A stretch of 64,000 bases of DNA, from assembly GCA_964016885.1 (NCBI GenBank), contig OZ024742.1, positions 102,114,001 to 102,178,000 of the forward strand, in the 5' to 3' direction. Below are positions 15,881-28,886 of this stretch, in pieces. The DNA is from Eledone cirrhosa (lineage: Eukaryota). Positions within the stretch are counted from its first letter, which is position 1. Every line of letters begins with the position of its first letter. The notes beneath the pieces were generated by a model. That model had not been told where the DNA came from, ran no database searches, and saw only the letters and a program-made list of their open reading frames with translations. The position numbers and the translations under genes are program-made.

Positions 15881-17117
15881 AGGTATCTGTATGTTTCAAC
15901 ATATATCTAGATATATCTACACCCCCTCCACTGCTAACAACATATATCAACACCCCCTCCACTGTTAACAACATATATCTACACCACCTCCACTGCTATC
16001 AACATATATCAACATATATCTACACCACCTCCACTGCTAACAACATATATCTACACCACCCCCACTGCTAACAACATATATCTACACTTCCTCCACTGCT
16101 ATCAACATATATCTACACCCCCTCCACTGCTAACAACATATATCTACACCACCTCCACTGCTAACAACATATATCTACACCACCCCCACTGCTAACAACA
16201 TATATCTACACCACCTCCACTGCTATCAACATATATCTACATATACCTACACCACCTCCACTGCTATCAACATATATCTACATATACCTACACCACCTCC
16301 ACTGCTATCAACATATATCTACATATACCTACACCACCTCCACTGCTATCAACATATATCTACATATATCTACACCACCTCCACTGCTATCAACATATAT
16401 CTACATATATCTACACCACCTCCACTGCTATCTACATATATCTACATATACCTACACCACCTCCACTGCTATCAACATATATCTACATATACCTACACCA
16501 CCTCCACTGCTATCAACATATATCTACATATATCTACACCACCTCCACTGCTATCTACATATATCTACATATACCTACATCACCTCCACTGCTATCAATA
16601 TATACCTACACCACCTCCACTGCTATCAACATATATCTACATATACCTACACCACCTCCACTGCTATCAACATATATCTACACCACCTCCACTGCTATCA
16701 ACATATACCTACACCACCTCCACTGCTATCAACATATACCTACACCACCTCCACTGCTATCAACATATATCTACACCACCTCCACTGCTATCTACATATA
16801 TCTACACCACCTCCACTGCTATCAACATATATCTACATATATCTACACCACCTCCACTGCTATCAACATATATCTACATATACCTACACCACCTCCACTG
16901 CTATCAACATATATCTACACCACCTCCACTGCTATTAACATATATCTACATATATCTATACCACCTCCACTGCTATCTACATATACCTACACCACCTCCA
17001 CTGCTATCTACATATATCTACATATATCTACACCACCTCCACTGCTAACAACATATATCTACATATATCTACACCACCTCCACTGCTATCTACATATATC
17101 TACACCACCTCCACTGC
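15881..17117. repeat. 30-41-bp minisatellite
   Basis: ACACCACCTCCACTGCTATCAACATATATCT(ACATATATCT) units. Confidence 0.95.
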
Positions 17118-17145
17118 GTCAAACACATTGAAACCAGATGGAATT

Positions 17146-17176
<31 letters not shown>

Positions 17177-17267
17177 TAGACAATAAAACGAATCAATATT
17201 AACGGCAATAAATTTTACCTCCATCGTCTCCATCTATGTGTTTCCCTTCGACGGCTTTGTTCGTTTT

Positions 17268-17338
17268 GATGATGATGATGATGACGTTGAAAATTATAGC
17301 GATGATTGCGATGATGATGAGGATGATGATGATGTTGG

Positions 17339-17412
<74 letters not shown>

Positions 17413-17462
17413 ATGATAATGATAATGGTGACGATATTGATGATGTAATGATGCTGATAAAT

Positions 17463-17499
<37 letters not shown>

Positions 17500-17650
17500 C
17501 GGCGGTGATAATGATGATGATGATGATGATGATATGTTAATGATGATGTTGTTATGACGACGATGGCGATGATGACGATGATGATCATTATTATCGCTGT
17601 CGTCGTTGTCGTCGTCGGCATCTTTGTTGATGTTGTCGCCGCCATTATCA
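17268..17650. repeat. (GAT)n trinucleotide array
   Basis: Direct reading. Confidence 0.92.
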
Positions 17651-18372
17651 TTGCCATCAACCTTCCGCATTCTCTTTCTTTCTTCTTTCTTCTTTGATTA
17701 GGTAATAGTTTTAACAAGCGATTTCTTTGAAGTGTGATTTAAGTAGAAAGAAAAGAAGAGAAACAAATAAAGAATGAAAGAAAGAAGGAAAGAAATATAT
17801 GAGAATTTGAAATTAACAGAGAACGACAGAAAATATAGTATAGAAAAACTGATGGAAAATAAAGGAAAAAATTAAAAGGAAAGATACATAACATAAAAAG
17901 GAAAAAGAGAAAGGATAAGAAAACATTTTGGAAAAACAAACAAACAAACAAACAAGCAAAAACAAGAAAGAGAGAAAGGAAAAGAAAAGAAGAAATCTGT
18001 TGGTGTTTGAAAATAAAGACATTTGTTATTCCTTTAGTAGATCTGGTTAGTCTGTTGCAGACCAATCGATTGCTAGAATAAATTTCCATTTATTAAATTT
18101 AATGAAGTGTCTCCATGGTTGTTGTGTGGCCTGTGAGACAACATTTCGTCTGTAAAATTAACTAGCCATACAGTCAGGTCATACATATCTAATATAGAGA
18201 GAAGACACAACATGAAGGACTATATTTATTGTCCTTGTGAAACGTTTGGTTGCTCTAATTGAGTTGTATCTGTACATTTAAAAGGTCAGTCTAGTTACAT
18301 ACTATGTTACACCGAATATCCCTGGGAAATACATTAAGTGTACACATGAACTGTGGAATACTTGGCCACTAA

Positions 18373-19380
18373 TTATACTATAATAAAGGGAGGAGTGCGG
18401 GACTGCGTCCAGAATATATTTTTTATCCGGTTTGTAAAATAAGTTCGATTACTTTGAATAAATAATGAATGAATATTACATAATTTATGTACTAAATTTC
18501 GGAACTCTTGATTAAATATAATTTTATTGCTTATTTTAAAATTCACTTCTTTAAAATTTTCAAATGTCAACACTTCCAGTTAGTGTCCGTTATATTATAA
18601 TACTTATATTATAACACTTGAATTGGCAGTATCGGTAGAGAGTCGGACGCCATGCTTTCCAGTATAGTTACGTGCCTTTACGGTCTGAGTTCAAATCCCG
18701 TCGAGGTTAACTTTTCCTTTCATCCTTACGAGGTCGATAAAATAAAGTACCAGTAATGTACTGGATAATTGCTGGCCTTGTGCCAAAAGTAGAAACAACT
18801 ATATTATAACAATCCCTCGGCGGGATTTGAACTCAGATCATAAAGGGCCGTAACTCTATGCTGCAAAGCATGGCGTCCGAGTATCGGTAGAGGGTAGGAC
18901 GCCATGCTTTGCAGCATAGAGTTACGGCCCTTTGTGATCTGAGTTCAAATCCCGCCGAAGTTAACTTCGCCTTTCATCCTTACGAGGTCGATAAAATAAA
19001 GTATAAAATAAAATAAATACACTGGGGTAATTTCTGGTCTTGTGCCAAAAGTAGAAACAGTTATATTATAACACTTATTACATCATTTATATAAATATTC
19101 ATATATTTCCGTCGCTAATTTTCCCCTAATGCAGTTTATCGTTGTAGACTCAGTTAATGCAGTTTATATATAATATCGTCTTTTTTTAAATGTATCATGG
19201 ATTACTTTACTGATTACTTTACTGATTACAGAAGAGAGTGTAACACAGTCTCTCTTCAATTTCTGTGCATATTGTCAATTACGATTTTATCTAACGTATC
19301 ATATCTACATGTATATATATTTGCGCATAATATAAATATGCACACTACACATACTAGCAGAAAACTACCCGAAGGGTAGT
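18373..19380 (+). mobile_element. Helitron family A copy carrying inserted SINEs
   Basis: TATACTATAATAAAGGGAGGAGTGCGGGACTGCGT start and ACTACCCGAAGGGTAGT hairpin end; it splits a repeat tail (GGCCACTAA|CACGTTAATTTCACGAGCAG). Confidence 0.75.
18622..19063 (+). mobile_element. SINE dimer with internal fold-back
   Basis: Two plus copies with an inverted segment at 18815-18880; flanked by ATATTATAACACTT repeats. Confidence 0.85.
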
Positions 19381-20114
19381 CACGTTAATTTCACGAGCAG
19401 ACTGTTCCGTGGGTCAAACAACTGAAAAACTCGTCGTCAGAAGTGACGGAGGTCCAACAATAACACAAGAGAAAAGATATGAATACATTTATTCATTGCC
19501 TCTATGAAACACTCGGCAAAAATGAGTTGTATATATAAATTGGAAGGGTCAGCCTTATCACGCACTGTGTCCTGCTGAATATCCCCGAAAACCAAGTTAA
19601 ATGTACACGTGTCTGTGGAATGCTCACGTTAATTTAATGAGCAGGCTATTTCGTTGCTTGAACAACTGGAGCACTCGTCGTCGAAATCGGTGGAGGTCCA
19701 ACAACAACAACACGAGAAAGAAGATACAGGAATAAATATAATCATTGTCCTCACAAAACGCTTGGGTACACCATTAACTTCTCCTGACCAGAGTGAAGCA
19801 AGTTTCTTCTTGAAAATCTCGTCTTTGGACAGGAAGTACTTTGTTATCAGTTTAGATCTCTGAAAGGAAGGGAACTTTCTTGGGCAAAGGTTTATTACAG
19901 ACAAACTAAGACACATTTTGCCGATGTTGATAAGAGCACTTCAACCCTTGGAAGATGATTGTGCTGGTCAATCAAGACCAGTATATTATATATTAGCAAC
20001 AGTGCACACAGAGAAATCAGACACAAACAACAAACGAATACAAGCATTTATCCCCTCTTCAACCACCCAGTGGAAATACAATTTCGTATGTTAGTGTGGA
20101 ATTGTATTAGCATA

Positions 20115-20315
20115 GTTTTCTAATTTAGGCACAAGGCCAGCAAAATTTGAAGAAAATGAAGTCGATTATATCGTTCCCAGTAAATAACTAATACTGTATT
20201 TTATCGCCCTGAAAGGATGAAAGGCAAAGCTTACCCCGGCGGGATTTGAACTCAGAACTTAGAGAGTCGAAAATAAATATCGCAAAACATTTTGTCCGAC
20301 GCTCTACCGATACTG
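20115..20315 (-). mobile_element. SINE
   Basis: Reverse-complement core and box B. Confidence 0.75.
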
Positions 20316-20824
20316 ATAGCCAGGTCTCCGAGGTGCTGGAGAGATACATAAGACAACACAACAATAAAGTAACCGAACAGAAAATAAATTTGTGAAAAGA
20401 CAAGAGGATATGTGGAAGAGGTAACGCTGAAAAGGATGGAAATATAGGGACTTTCGTCCAAAAATGATAGTCATCTGACACGAAAGGTCGGTCCTGAAAA
20501 ATCCAGAGTAATTTCAAACAATGGAGCAGAGGATGAGAAGGGGAGAAGTGGGGAATGGGGGTGGTGGTTTAGAGCAAATAGTTTTACGCTTGACTTGACG
20601 TGAGAGTTGTAACCTTTTCAATGACGTCCAACTGTTTTAAATGAGCTGTTTTTGTTTCAAAACGTATTTCCTATATGGAACGTTATGTGCCGCTTATGCT
20701 GTGTCACTGGAGGAACAAAGTAGGAATGTTCCAATATGTTCTCTCCAAACCGCCATCAGGAATAGTGGAAGAGGGAAAAAGCAAAGTGGATATTGTTCAG
20801 TATTTGAGTAGAGTCAGCACTTAA

Positions 20825-21029
20825 CCCTTTCATTACCATATTTCTAATGAAATACACCGCATGTGTGCTTCAATTAATTTTGAAAATAACCAAACTTTTG
20901 AAAGAATTTAATAAAATAACTAAGTTTTTCATCAGAAGTCAATATTTAGAAAATTTCATAAACATTTTAAAATGAGCAGTTTTGTGTCATAAATCTAAGG
21001 CGGTTTCAGGTGGGTTGGTATCAAAAGGG
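20825..21029. mobile_element. piggyBac-like MITE (further ends at ~21427, ~63166, ~63683)
   Basis: TTAA|CCCTTT...TGGTATCAAAAGGG|T(T)AA; imperfect TIRs. Confidence 0.6.
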
Positions 21030-21121
21030 TAACAGTGTTTCTATTGTTCTCATTAGCTCCAATGTTTGTCATTAATAAGCTGATATTTAGAATATTACTT
21101 ACCAAAAATTTCTAAAATACA

Positions 21122-21312
21122 ATAATTGTTTCTACTTTTGGCACAAGGCCAACAATTATCCCAGTGCATTACTGGTACTTTATTTTACCGACCCCCGTAA
21201 GGATGAAAGGCAAAGTTAACCTCGGCGGGATTTGAACTCAGAACGTAAAGGGCCATAACTCTATGCTGCAAAGGATGGCGTCTAGCCCTCTATCAATGCT
21301 GCCAATCCACCT
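21122..21312 (-). mobile_element. SINE
   Basis: Near-full-length reverse-complement copy. Confidence 0.85.
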
Positions 21313-21570
21313 TTCTAAAATATAATAATGATGGAAGGTTTTGATATAAGGATAAATATTTTAAAATGAACAGTTTTGTATCATGAACCCAGGGCGATTT
21401 AAAGCGGATCGGTATCAAAAGGGTTAAAGGGTTATAAATTCGAGATTGAGCGTGAGGATCATTTGCATCTACAACATACAATGATATTTGAATATACTGT
21501 CCTGAGATATACGAGTAATGTTAAGACATACCCGAGGAGTGACTGCGTGGAGTCATGCTGAAATTTGAGA

Positions 21571-21912
21571 TTCTTCTTCTTCTTCTTCTTCTTCTTCTTC
21601 TTCTTCTTCTTCTTCTTCTTCTTCTTCTTCTTCTTCTTCTTCTTCTTCTTCTTCGTGGGAGCAGAGTTCGCCAGCACGCATTCCAACGGGTCCTATCAGA
21701 AGCAACCGTCTCTAATTGATCTGGCTGGATACCCAATTGCGACTAGTCTACCCCTGGGTCTCCTACCGGTTGGTTTTGCCCGTAAAATCTGTCCAGTGAT
21801 TCTTTCCTGAGACATTCTAACCACATGCCCATAGTATCAGAGCTGTGATCTCTCAATTCGGAGAAGTAGCAGCTCTACCTGGAGTGATTCTCTGATCTCC
21901 GAGCTATGCACT
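21571..21912 (-). mobile_element. RTE-clade LINE 3' end with (GAA)n tail (related fragments ~22040-22165 and ~40510-40660)
   Basis: Minus translation LLLRIERSQL*YYGHVVRMSQERIT..PTGRRPRGR..VASDRTRW, followed by (GAA)n. Confidence 0.8.
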
Positions 21913-22653
21913 TGAACTCAACCCTGGAAATTAACAATGACTTTGTTAACTCTTAATACCCTGTAATGATTTAACAGAAAATATTAAAAATGCATTTAAT
22001 TCAAATGTTTATAGTATCTTTCCTAGTAGACAGATTAGTGTAAAATCTGTTCAGTGATTCTTTCTTGAGACATTCTAACCACATGCCCATAGTATTGGAG
22101 CTGTGATATCTCAATTCAGAGACGTAGCAGCTCTGAGCTACGCGTTCTATCGAGTAGTGTTACTCCAAAGTGTTGCCATTGAAAAGATAAGTCTACAAGA
22201 AAGTTACCGGTGAAGAAAAGTCAGTAGAAACCTTTCCTGTGCAACATTTTCAACAAATAAGAACTATTATTTATTTTAATACAGAGAAACATCGATGATT
22301 TAAATAGACCGGATCCCACTGGAGCTGTTTATCTTAACCTCTCGACCACCAGCCATAGCACCATCATATGTATGTATGTATGTATGTATGTTTTCTCTTT
22401 CTCTTAATTTCGAGTATATTTTTTTGACCGGCCACCTTCCTGGTGGCAAGGTTGTAAAAGAAAAGAAATTGTCATCCCTTGAATCGCAAGAATGTTTTGC
22501 ATATTTTGAAGGTGCCAGCTATCGCAGCCATTTGTAGACTATGAATTAGGGAGCTGTATGTATGTATGTATGTATGTATGTATGTATGTATGTATGTATG
22601 TATGTATGTATGTATGTATGTATGTATGTATGTATGTATGTATGTATGTATTA

Positions 22654-23264
22654 TGTCAGGTCACCAGTTGGTGCTACTGGTAACATGTATCCCAGTACAA
22701 CCTGTCTCATGGTCGGGTCGTTGGCGACTAAACTGGCAACCCCACCAAGGTTTCTTGGTGAGGAGGGTGACTTTGGACATCCTGCAGGACTAAAAACAAA
22801 ACCTGTCAAAGGGCAAAGGAGCTCTTAAGAGTCAATGGCCATCCAAAATCACCAGGAGAGATGACCCCTTAGCCTTTGTCAAGGCAGAATTCTAGGAGAA
22901 GGAAAACTCTGATATAACACCTGCAACCCTGATGGTATCCAATGATGTTGACTTGTTCTTCTTTTTGGTAAATATCATCTTGGTTAAGAGAGTGGGACTG
23001 GCTTTGTGCAGTGCCTTTGCTCACTATAAAAGCTTCACGGCACAGGCATTGCTTTGTATCTGGAGATCTCTCTGCACTTGTCGTCACATGGTACCATGGG
23101 CCCAGCACTATGTGTCAATAATTGTCACAAGTGTAGTGTTTGTACCAGAGTTTTCAAGTCGCTGGCTGGACTAAAAAGTCACACTCGTTCAGCGCATCGG
23201 TAGGGGTTCTCCTACATTGATATAAAGTAGTGGCCGTACTCGAAAACGAGTTGGCAGCCACCAT
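22654..23264 (+). mobile_element. 610-bp bipartite non-autonomous RTE-derived retroposon, full length
   Basis: The 3' part encodes a C2H2 remnant CSVCTRVFKSLAGLKSHTRSAHR-stop resembling RTE-group ORF ends. No RT is present. Embedded in (TATG)n. Confidence 0.75.
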
Positions 23265-23329
23265 GTATGTATGTATGTATGTATGTATGTATGTATGTAT
23301 GTATGTATGTATGTATGTATGTGCGCATT

Positions 23330-23741
23330 CGGGAGAGATGACCCCTTAGCCTTTGTCAAGGCAGAATTCTAGGAGAAGGAAAATTCTGATATAACACCTG
23401 CAACCCTGATGGTATCCAATGATGTTGACTTGTTCTTCTTTTTGGTAAATATCATCTTGGTTAAGAGAGTGGGACTGGCTTTGTGCAGTGCCTTTGGTCA
23501 CTATAAAAGCTTCACGACACAGGCATTGCTTTATATCTGGAGATCTCTCTGCTCTTGTCATCACATGGTACCATGGGCCCAGCACTATGTGTCAATAATT
23601 GTCACAAGTGTAGTGTTTGTACCAGAGTTTTCAAGTCGCTGGCTGGACTAAAAAGTCACACTCGTTCAGCGCATCGGTAGGGGTTCTCCTACATGGATAT
23701 AAAGTAGTGGCCGTACTCGAAAACGTGTTGGCAGTCACCAT
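23330..23741 (+). mobile_element. Same family, 5'-truncated
   Basis: Near-identical to 22855-23264; flanking ATGTATGTGCGCAT duplication (TSD-like). Confidence 0.78.
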
Positions 23742-23756
23742 GTATGTGCGCATATG

Positions 23757-23820
<64 letters not shown>

Positions 23821-23864
23821 TGAAAAAGAACAAAGGAACTATTATGACATTATAACAAGTTTAT

Positions 23865-23911
23865 TGCCGACAGCCGTTTCGTCCGACCCCATGGTGGGAC
23901 TTATCAAGGCA
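23865..23911 (-). ncRNA. Hammerhead-like motif with variant core (TTGATAA)
   Basis: Minus strand: TGCC-TTGATAA-GTCC...GGAC-GAAA-CGGCTG-TC-GGCA, followed by AATAAA and then (TA)n. Confidence 0.65.
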
Positions 23912-24837
23912 TATAACATGTGATTGCAAGATCATTGTTTACATCAACGTATCACTCAAGGCTAGCAGTTTGAAATTGTTGTATACATCAGCAACTCCGC
24001 TTGTATAGTTGGGGTCAATATTCTAAGGGGGGCTCTTTTATATTAGTTGTCGGGGTCAGGGATTGAAGTTTAAAAATTAGACAAAAATATATAATTTACG
24101 CATCAACATTAAACTAAAAGACTTGGGGTCCCGTAGAAGCACCTTAGAAAATCCCTCAATGAGTGCATAAAGCTTACAGGCTCCAATAAACCTATTAGAC
24201 TAGAAGAAAATTAAGAGGCTAATAAAATAAGAAAATAAAAATATAAAGTTTCCCTAAAAAATATATAAAGTTCCTATGAAATTTCTTCTAGAGAAATTTT
24301 TTTTTTTCCGAATGAAAAAAACCTTCTTCCCCCGAGATCACGTTTACAAAATTCAGAAAACTGAATTGAAAACTAGGTTGAAAGAAACTAATCAATTAGA
24401 GGTTAATTCAGAGAGTCTTCCATAAATCTCTCAGAAAAGGCCCCTTTAATATTTCCAATAGGAACTTCTCCCGAGAGACCCTTCGAAGAATTAAAATTTT
24501 AGAGAGCCTTTAAGGATAAATATAAAAACGAATTGAGGAAAATTATACATTAAAAGTTAAAAATTAAAAATTACGGTATTTGGGATATCCGAGGAATTTT
24601 CAAAGGGCTGCTTCAACAGATACAACTTAGGCATAATAGATACAATAATCTAAGCAATTTAAGTAATTTAATTAGGGAGCAATTCAAGGAGTTTATCAAG
24701 TTGGGCAAGATTAAAGAAAGTGGTAACTAAGAAAATACATAAGCAAAAAGACAATAATTATAAAATGTATCTTTAAGAAGGTATAAGGTAGCTTCAGTGA
24801 TCTAACCATGTATTATCACAAAAAAAACATTCTAAAA

Positions 24838-25033
24838 TTATTGATACAGGATTAAAAATTATTACAAAATTATTACAAAATTACCACAAAATCATTACAA
24901 AATTATCAAATCATCACAAAATTACCACAAAATCATTACAAAATTATCAAATTATCATAAAATTATCGCAAAATTATTACAAAATAATCATAAAATTATT
25001 ACAAAGTTATCACAAAGTTATTGATACAGGATC
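24838..25033. repeat. ~11-bp minisatellite bounded by TATTGATACAGGAT direct repeats
   Basis: AAAATTATTAC-like units. Confidence 0.85.
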
Positions 25034-25285
25034 AACAAAGACAACAATATATATTCCTGCCCAATCAACAAGTAATCAGAACACTATTAACGGTCAGGCA
25101 AAATTAGCTCAGGGATATCCCGCGCTCGGATACTTTACACACACACAGCAACACATAGGACTAGCACAGACACAATGGTACATTCTTGCCTAAATAACAA
25201 ACAATTGATTAACAATTGATGGTCAAGATGCCCCAGGGAAATACATTGGCTCCCTACCTTTTTATCATCGTAGTGGCCCCCCCCC

Positions 25286-25404
<119 letters not shown>

Positions 25405-25746
25405 ATACATACAATCTATGAACTAATGAAGAATTCAACTAATTCGTTTTGCCAACGACAATAACAGAATATTCCTTTTCACTTCTGAAGTGCCAGCTGA
25501 CATGAATTAAATTAGTTTATGTTGCCAACAATATTTCACACACACACATACTCACACACACACGCACACCTATAGTCACTCACATACGGACAGTGACATA
25601 CTCGCACACAGATGCACACGTATAATCGCATACGTATATAAACATACTCACACATAGTCACTCATATACGTACACAGAGAGACCTAGATGTTCACACCGT
25701 TTGTCTGCCATCGAGAGTAAAATGTCAACAACAGAACAACTATTTT

Positions 25747-25881
<135 letters not shown>

Positions 25882-26034
25882 TTTATTCTACGCATGTATT
25901 TTATATGTATGTTGTTTGTGTGTCTATGTATGTATGTGTGTAAAAGATAAACAGAAATAACAAAATAACAAAACAAACGGCACAGTACATGGAAGGAATA
26001 TATTAGTTTAACGCTTGAAATAGCAGGAAGAATG

Positions 26035-26070
26035 TCTTAACGTTTCGGACGCTAGTCCTTCATCAGAAGA
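26035..26070 (-). ncRNA. Minimal type I hammerhead motif in a Neptune-like 3' terminus
   Basis: Minus strand: TCTT-CTGATGA-A-GGAC tagc GTCC-GAAA-CG-TT-AAGA. Confidence 0.82.
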
Positions 26071-26192
26071 AACAATGAGAAAGTAAAGAAGGAATAGAAA
26101 AATTGAGGAAACAGACAGGGCGGTAACAGAATATATATATATATATATTTATTTATATATATGTGTGTTTGTGTTGTGTGTGTGTGTGTGTG

Positions 26193-26326
26193 TAGAAATG
26201 ACTTCTACAGGGGTAGAACTGTTTCATTCAGATGAAATCATCAGGAATGTCGCATACACTTGGTGATGACATTTCTGATGATTTCATATAAATGAAACAG
26301 TTCTAGTCCTGTAGAAGTCATTTCTA
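26193..26326. mobile_element. Palindromic HHR-like element (family copies 27834-27924, 28885-29014, ~29940-30010, 44560-44680)
   Basis: Arms read TTC-CTGATGA-T-TTC..GAA-T-GAAA-CAG ttctagtc CTG-TA-GAA; copies abut (TA)n, (CA)n or (GA)n tracts. Confidence 0.72.
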
Positions 26327-26419
26327 TACAAAAATACCTATACTCTACCAACGTATTCAGTACCTGTTTTAACTGTGGTCTTTTCTCGATCTCTATCGGG
26401 AAAAATCCACCCTTAATAT

Positions 26420-26454
<35 letters not shown>

Positions 26455-27177
26455 GCTAATTAGAAGAAGAAATAGTATATATTTTATCTGATGATTCTAA
26501 AGACATGATTTATGATATATTGCTCTGATTTTTTAATTTATTAATTCTTCATAGAGCTTAAAGGTGACCAGTTGCAACATATATATATCTATAACTTTAT
26601 GTATATGTTAACCTTTATATTTAATAATCTCCCGATAGGTTGAGATTAAATTTGGCGATATTTGGCTGCGCTTTCTAGCAGCAAGCCTACCCGCCGTAAG
26701 CAACCAATCACATTCTTTCTGGCTTGACCACAGCCACATAGCGATTCTTAGCCATTTTTGAATCTATTTTTGGCGGGATCGGATTGAAAAACTAGATGTC
26801 TGATTTTGAGTTTGTCTCTTGATGAATCCTAACTCAGGACATTCCTATTATTTGGATGTCTAAAAATACGGATGAAACCATGGTAGAGATATAATTACGG
26901 TATGTACGCATTTCTTCTAAGTTTAATTTTACACCTAATTGTGTATGGTTGATGATATATTTAGTCAGTTTCTACATGCTGCCGAAATGTTGGATAAATA
27001 CTCGATTTGGGCCACCGCGAAGAGGCTACGTTCGGTTATTTGTCGGAGATTTCTCCATAAGAGCCTTTCTTCTTATAGCTTGATCTAATTGATTTTTTAT
27101 ATGGTTAATTATGGTAATTAGAAGAAGAAATAGTATATATTTTATATTTTATCTGATGATTCTAAAGACATGATTTA

Positions 27178-27213
<36 letters not shown>

Positions 27214-27217
<4 letters not shown>

Positions 27218-27582
27218 ATAGAATATAAAAGAAAAACGAACACAGATATATAGATATATGTGTTCAAATCGTAAGGGACCTGATTCGTTAAGGTGAAAAG
27301 AATACTAACTATAGACAATAGGGTTCGCTTGTCTCAATTTAAGAAAAAATAAAAAAATAAATACAAACCGGAATTGTGGTAACTACATTGTCTATAGTTA
27401 GTATTCTTTTCACCTTAGCGAATCAGGTCCCTTACGATTTGAACACATATATCTATATATCAGTGTTCCTTTTCTTTTATATTCTATTATAATATACGGC
27501 TCAGAAATATCTCTTTCTTAGAGGTATTTTGTTGTAAGAGACTATTTTGAGTTCCTAACTCAATATATACCTTTAATATATG

Positions 27583-27638
<56 letters not shown>

Positions 27639-27688
27639 GACATATATTAAAGGCATATATTGAGTTAGGAACTCAAAATAGTCTCTTA
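27214..27688. mobile_element. Double fold-back element (related to ~3276-3755)
   Basis: Inverted pairs 27214-27319/27387-27491 and 27535-27587/27636-27688, the latter around a (TA)n tract. Shares GAGTTAG(G/A)AACTCAAAATAGTCT with 3283-3305 and 3402-3425. Confidence 0.7.
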
Positions 27689-27740
27689 TATAGTCTCATA
27701 TATAGTCTCTTATATAGTCTCATATATAGTCTCAATATAG

Positions 27741-27827
<87 letters not shown>

Positions 27828-27957
27828 AATGGTTTCTACAGGACTAGAACTGTTTCATTCAAAAGAAATTAGCAGGAAAGCATTTCTGATTTCTTTTGAA
27901 TGAAACAGTTCTAGTCCTGTAGAAGGTATGTCTATATAAAACATGATGTTTATACTC

Positions 27958-27992
<35 letters not shown>

Positions 27993-28833
27993 TATAGTTG
28001 TAAGGTTGCAGGTAAATGCGTCGGTAGGCGGTATGCCGGTTGAGCACTCGATCGGCGGGGAAACATATGTAATATGTTAATAAATGTGACATTATGCAAC
28101 ACTGAATCCTCGTTCTTTATAATATATATATATATGTATATGTATCTATCTATATATATATATATATATATACATATATATTAATATATATTAGACCTTC
28201 CCAACAATGCATTGAGACGATAAACATTTCGAGTGCAAACCATTCACTGACTAGGCCAGAGGTGGGGAAACTTTTCATGTTGAAAGGCTGCAATAAGTTA
28301 CTTGTAATATAATAAGTCCGGATTCAAGAAACCATAATTATATATTCTTAAAATCTACTTTATTTTGTAAAAATTAAATTACTAAACATTAATTATCTTA
28401 GAAACGAAAAGTACTTAATTTTAATGATAGGCTTCACTAGATTTTAAAACGCCCACAACACGCTGTATGTCACTACGGCGCCCCTACGACTCCAGCACGA
28501 GTTACAGGTTCATACAGACATATCTAGAACTACATTAAACAATGCGTCTGTTTTTAAAGATGTGATATGAGTGAGGAAAGAATGTAAATTTGGTTACTAC
28601 TTCTAGCAAGTCGATCGCTCACGTAGAGGCTCTCCCATTGGTTCGCTCGAATAATGTTATTTGTTGGTTGAATTATGATATGAATAATACTATAGAAAGT
28701 GTTAAAGAAGAGTTGATAACTAGATTAGAAGTTTCTCTAACTAGCTGCGTTGTGAAGAGAGAACGACCAACTCTCCAGTGACGGCGTTTCTATTATATAT
28801 ATATATGTGTGTGTGGGTGCGTGTGTGTGTGTA

Positions 28834-28886
<53 letters not shown>

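Noticed and set aside
10869-15968. 1697-aa, 1674-aa and antisense EGGGCEGREV ORFs
   Set aside because: They are read-throughs of a stop-poor 36-bp minisatellite; open in several frames with frame-switching at 35-bp units, which argues against coding constraint.
17220-17724. Possible minus-strand exon (pyrimidine tract, AG, open frame, GTAAAA)
   Set aside because: The open frame is mostly (CAT)n-derived poly-Ile/His with no recognisable domain or partner exons; needs RNA-seq.
23120-23203. Host C2H2 zinc-finger gene exon
   Set aside because: The single finger lies inside a 4-copy dispersed repeat and resembles an RTE ORF terminus.
28257-28500. hAT-like left end CAGAGGTGGGGAAACTTTT
   Set aside because: No matching right TIR or TSD found.
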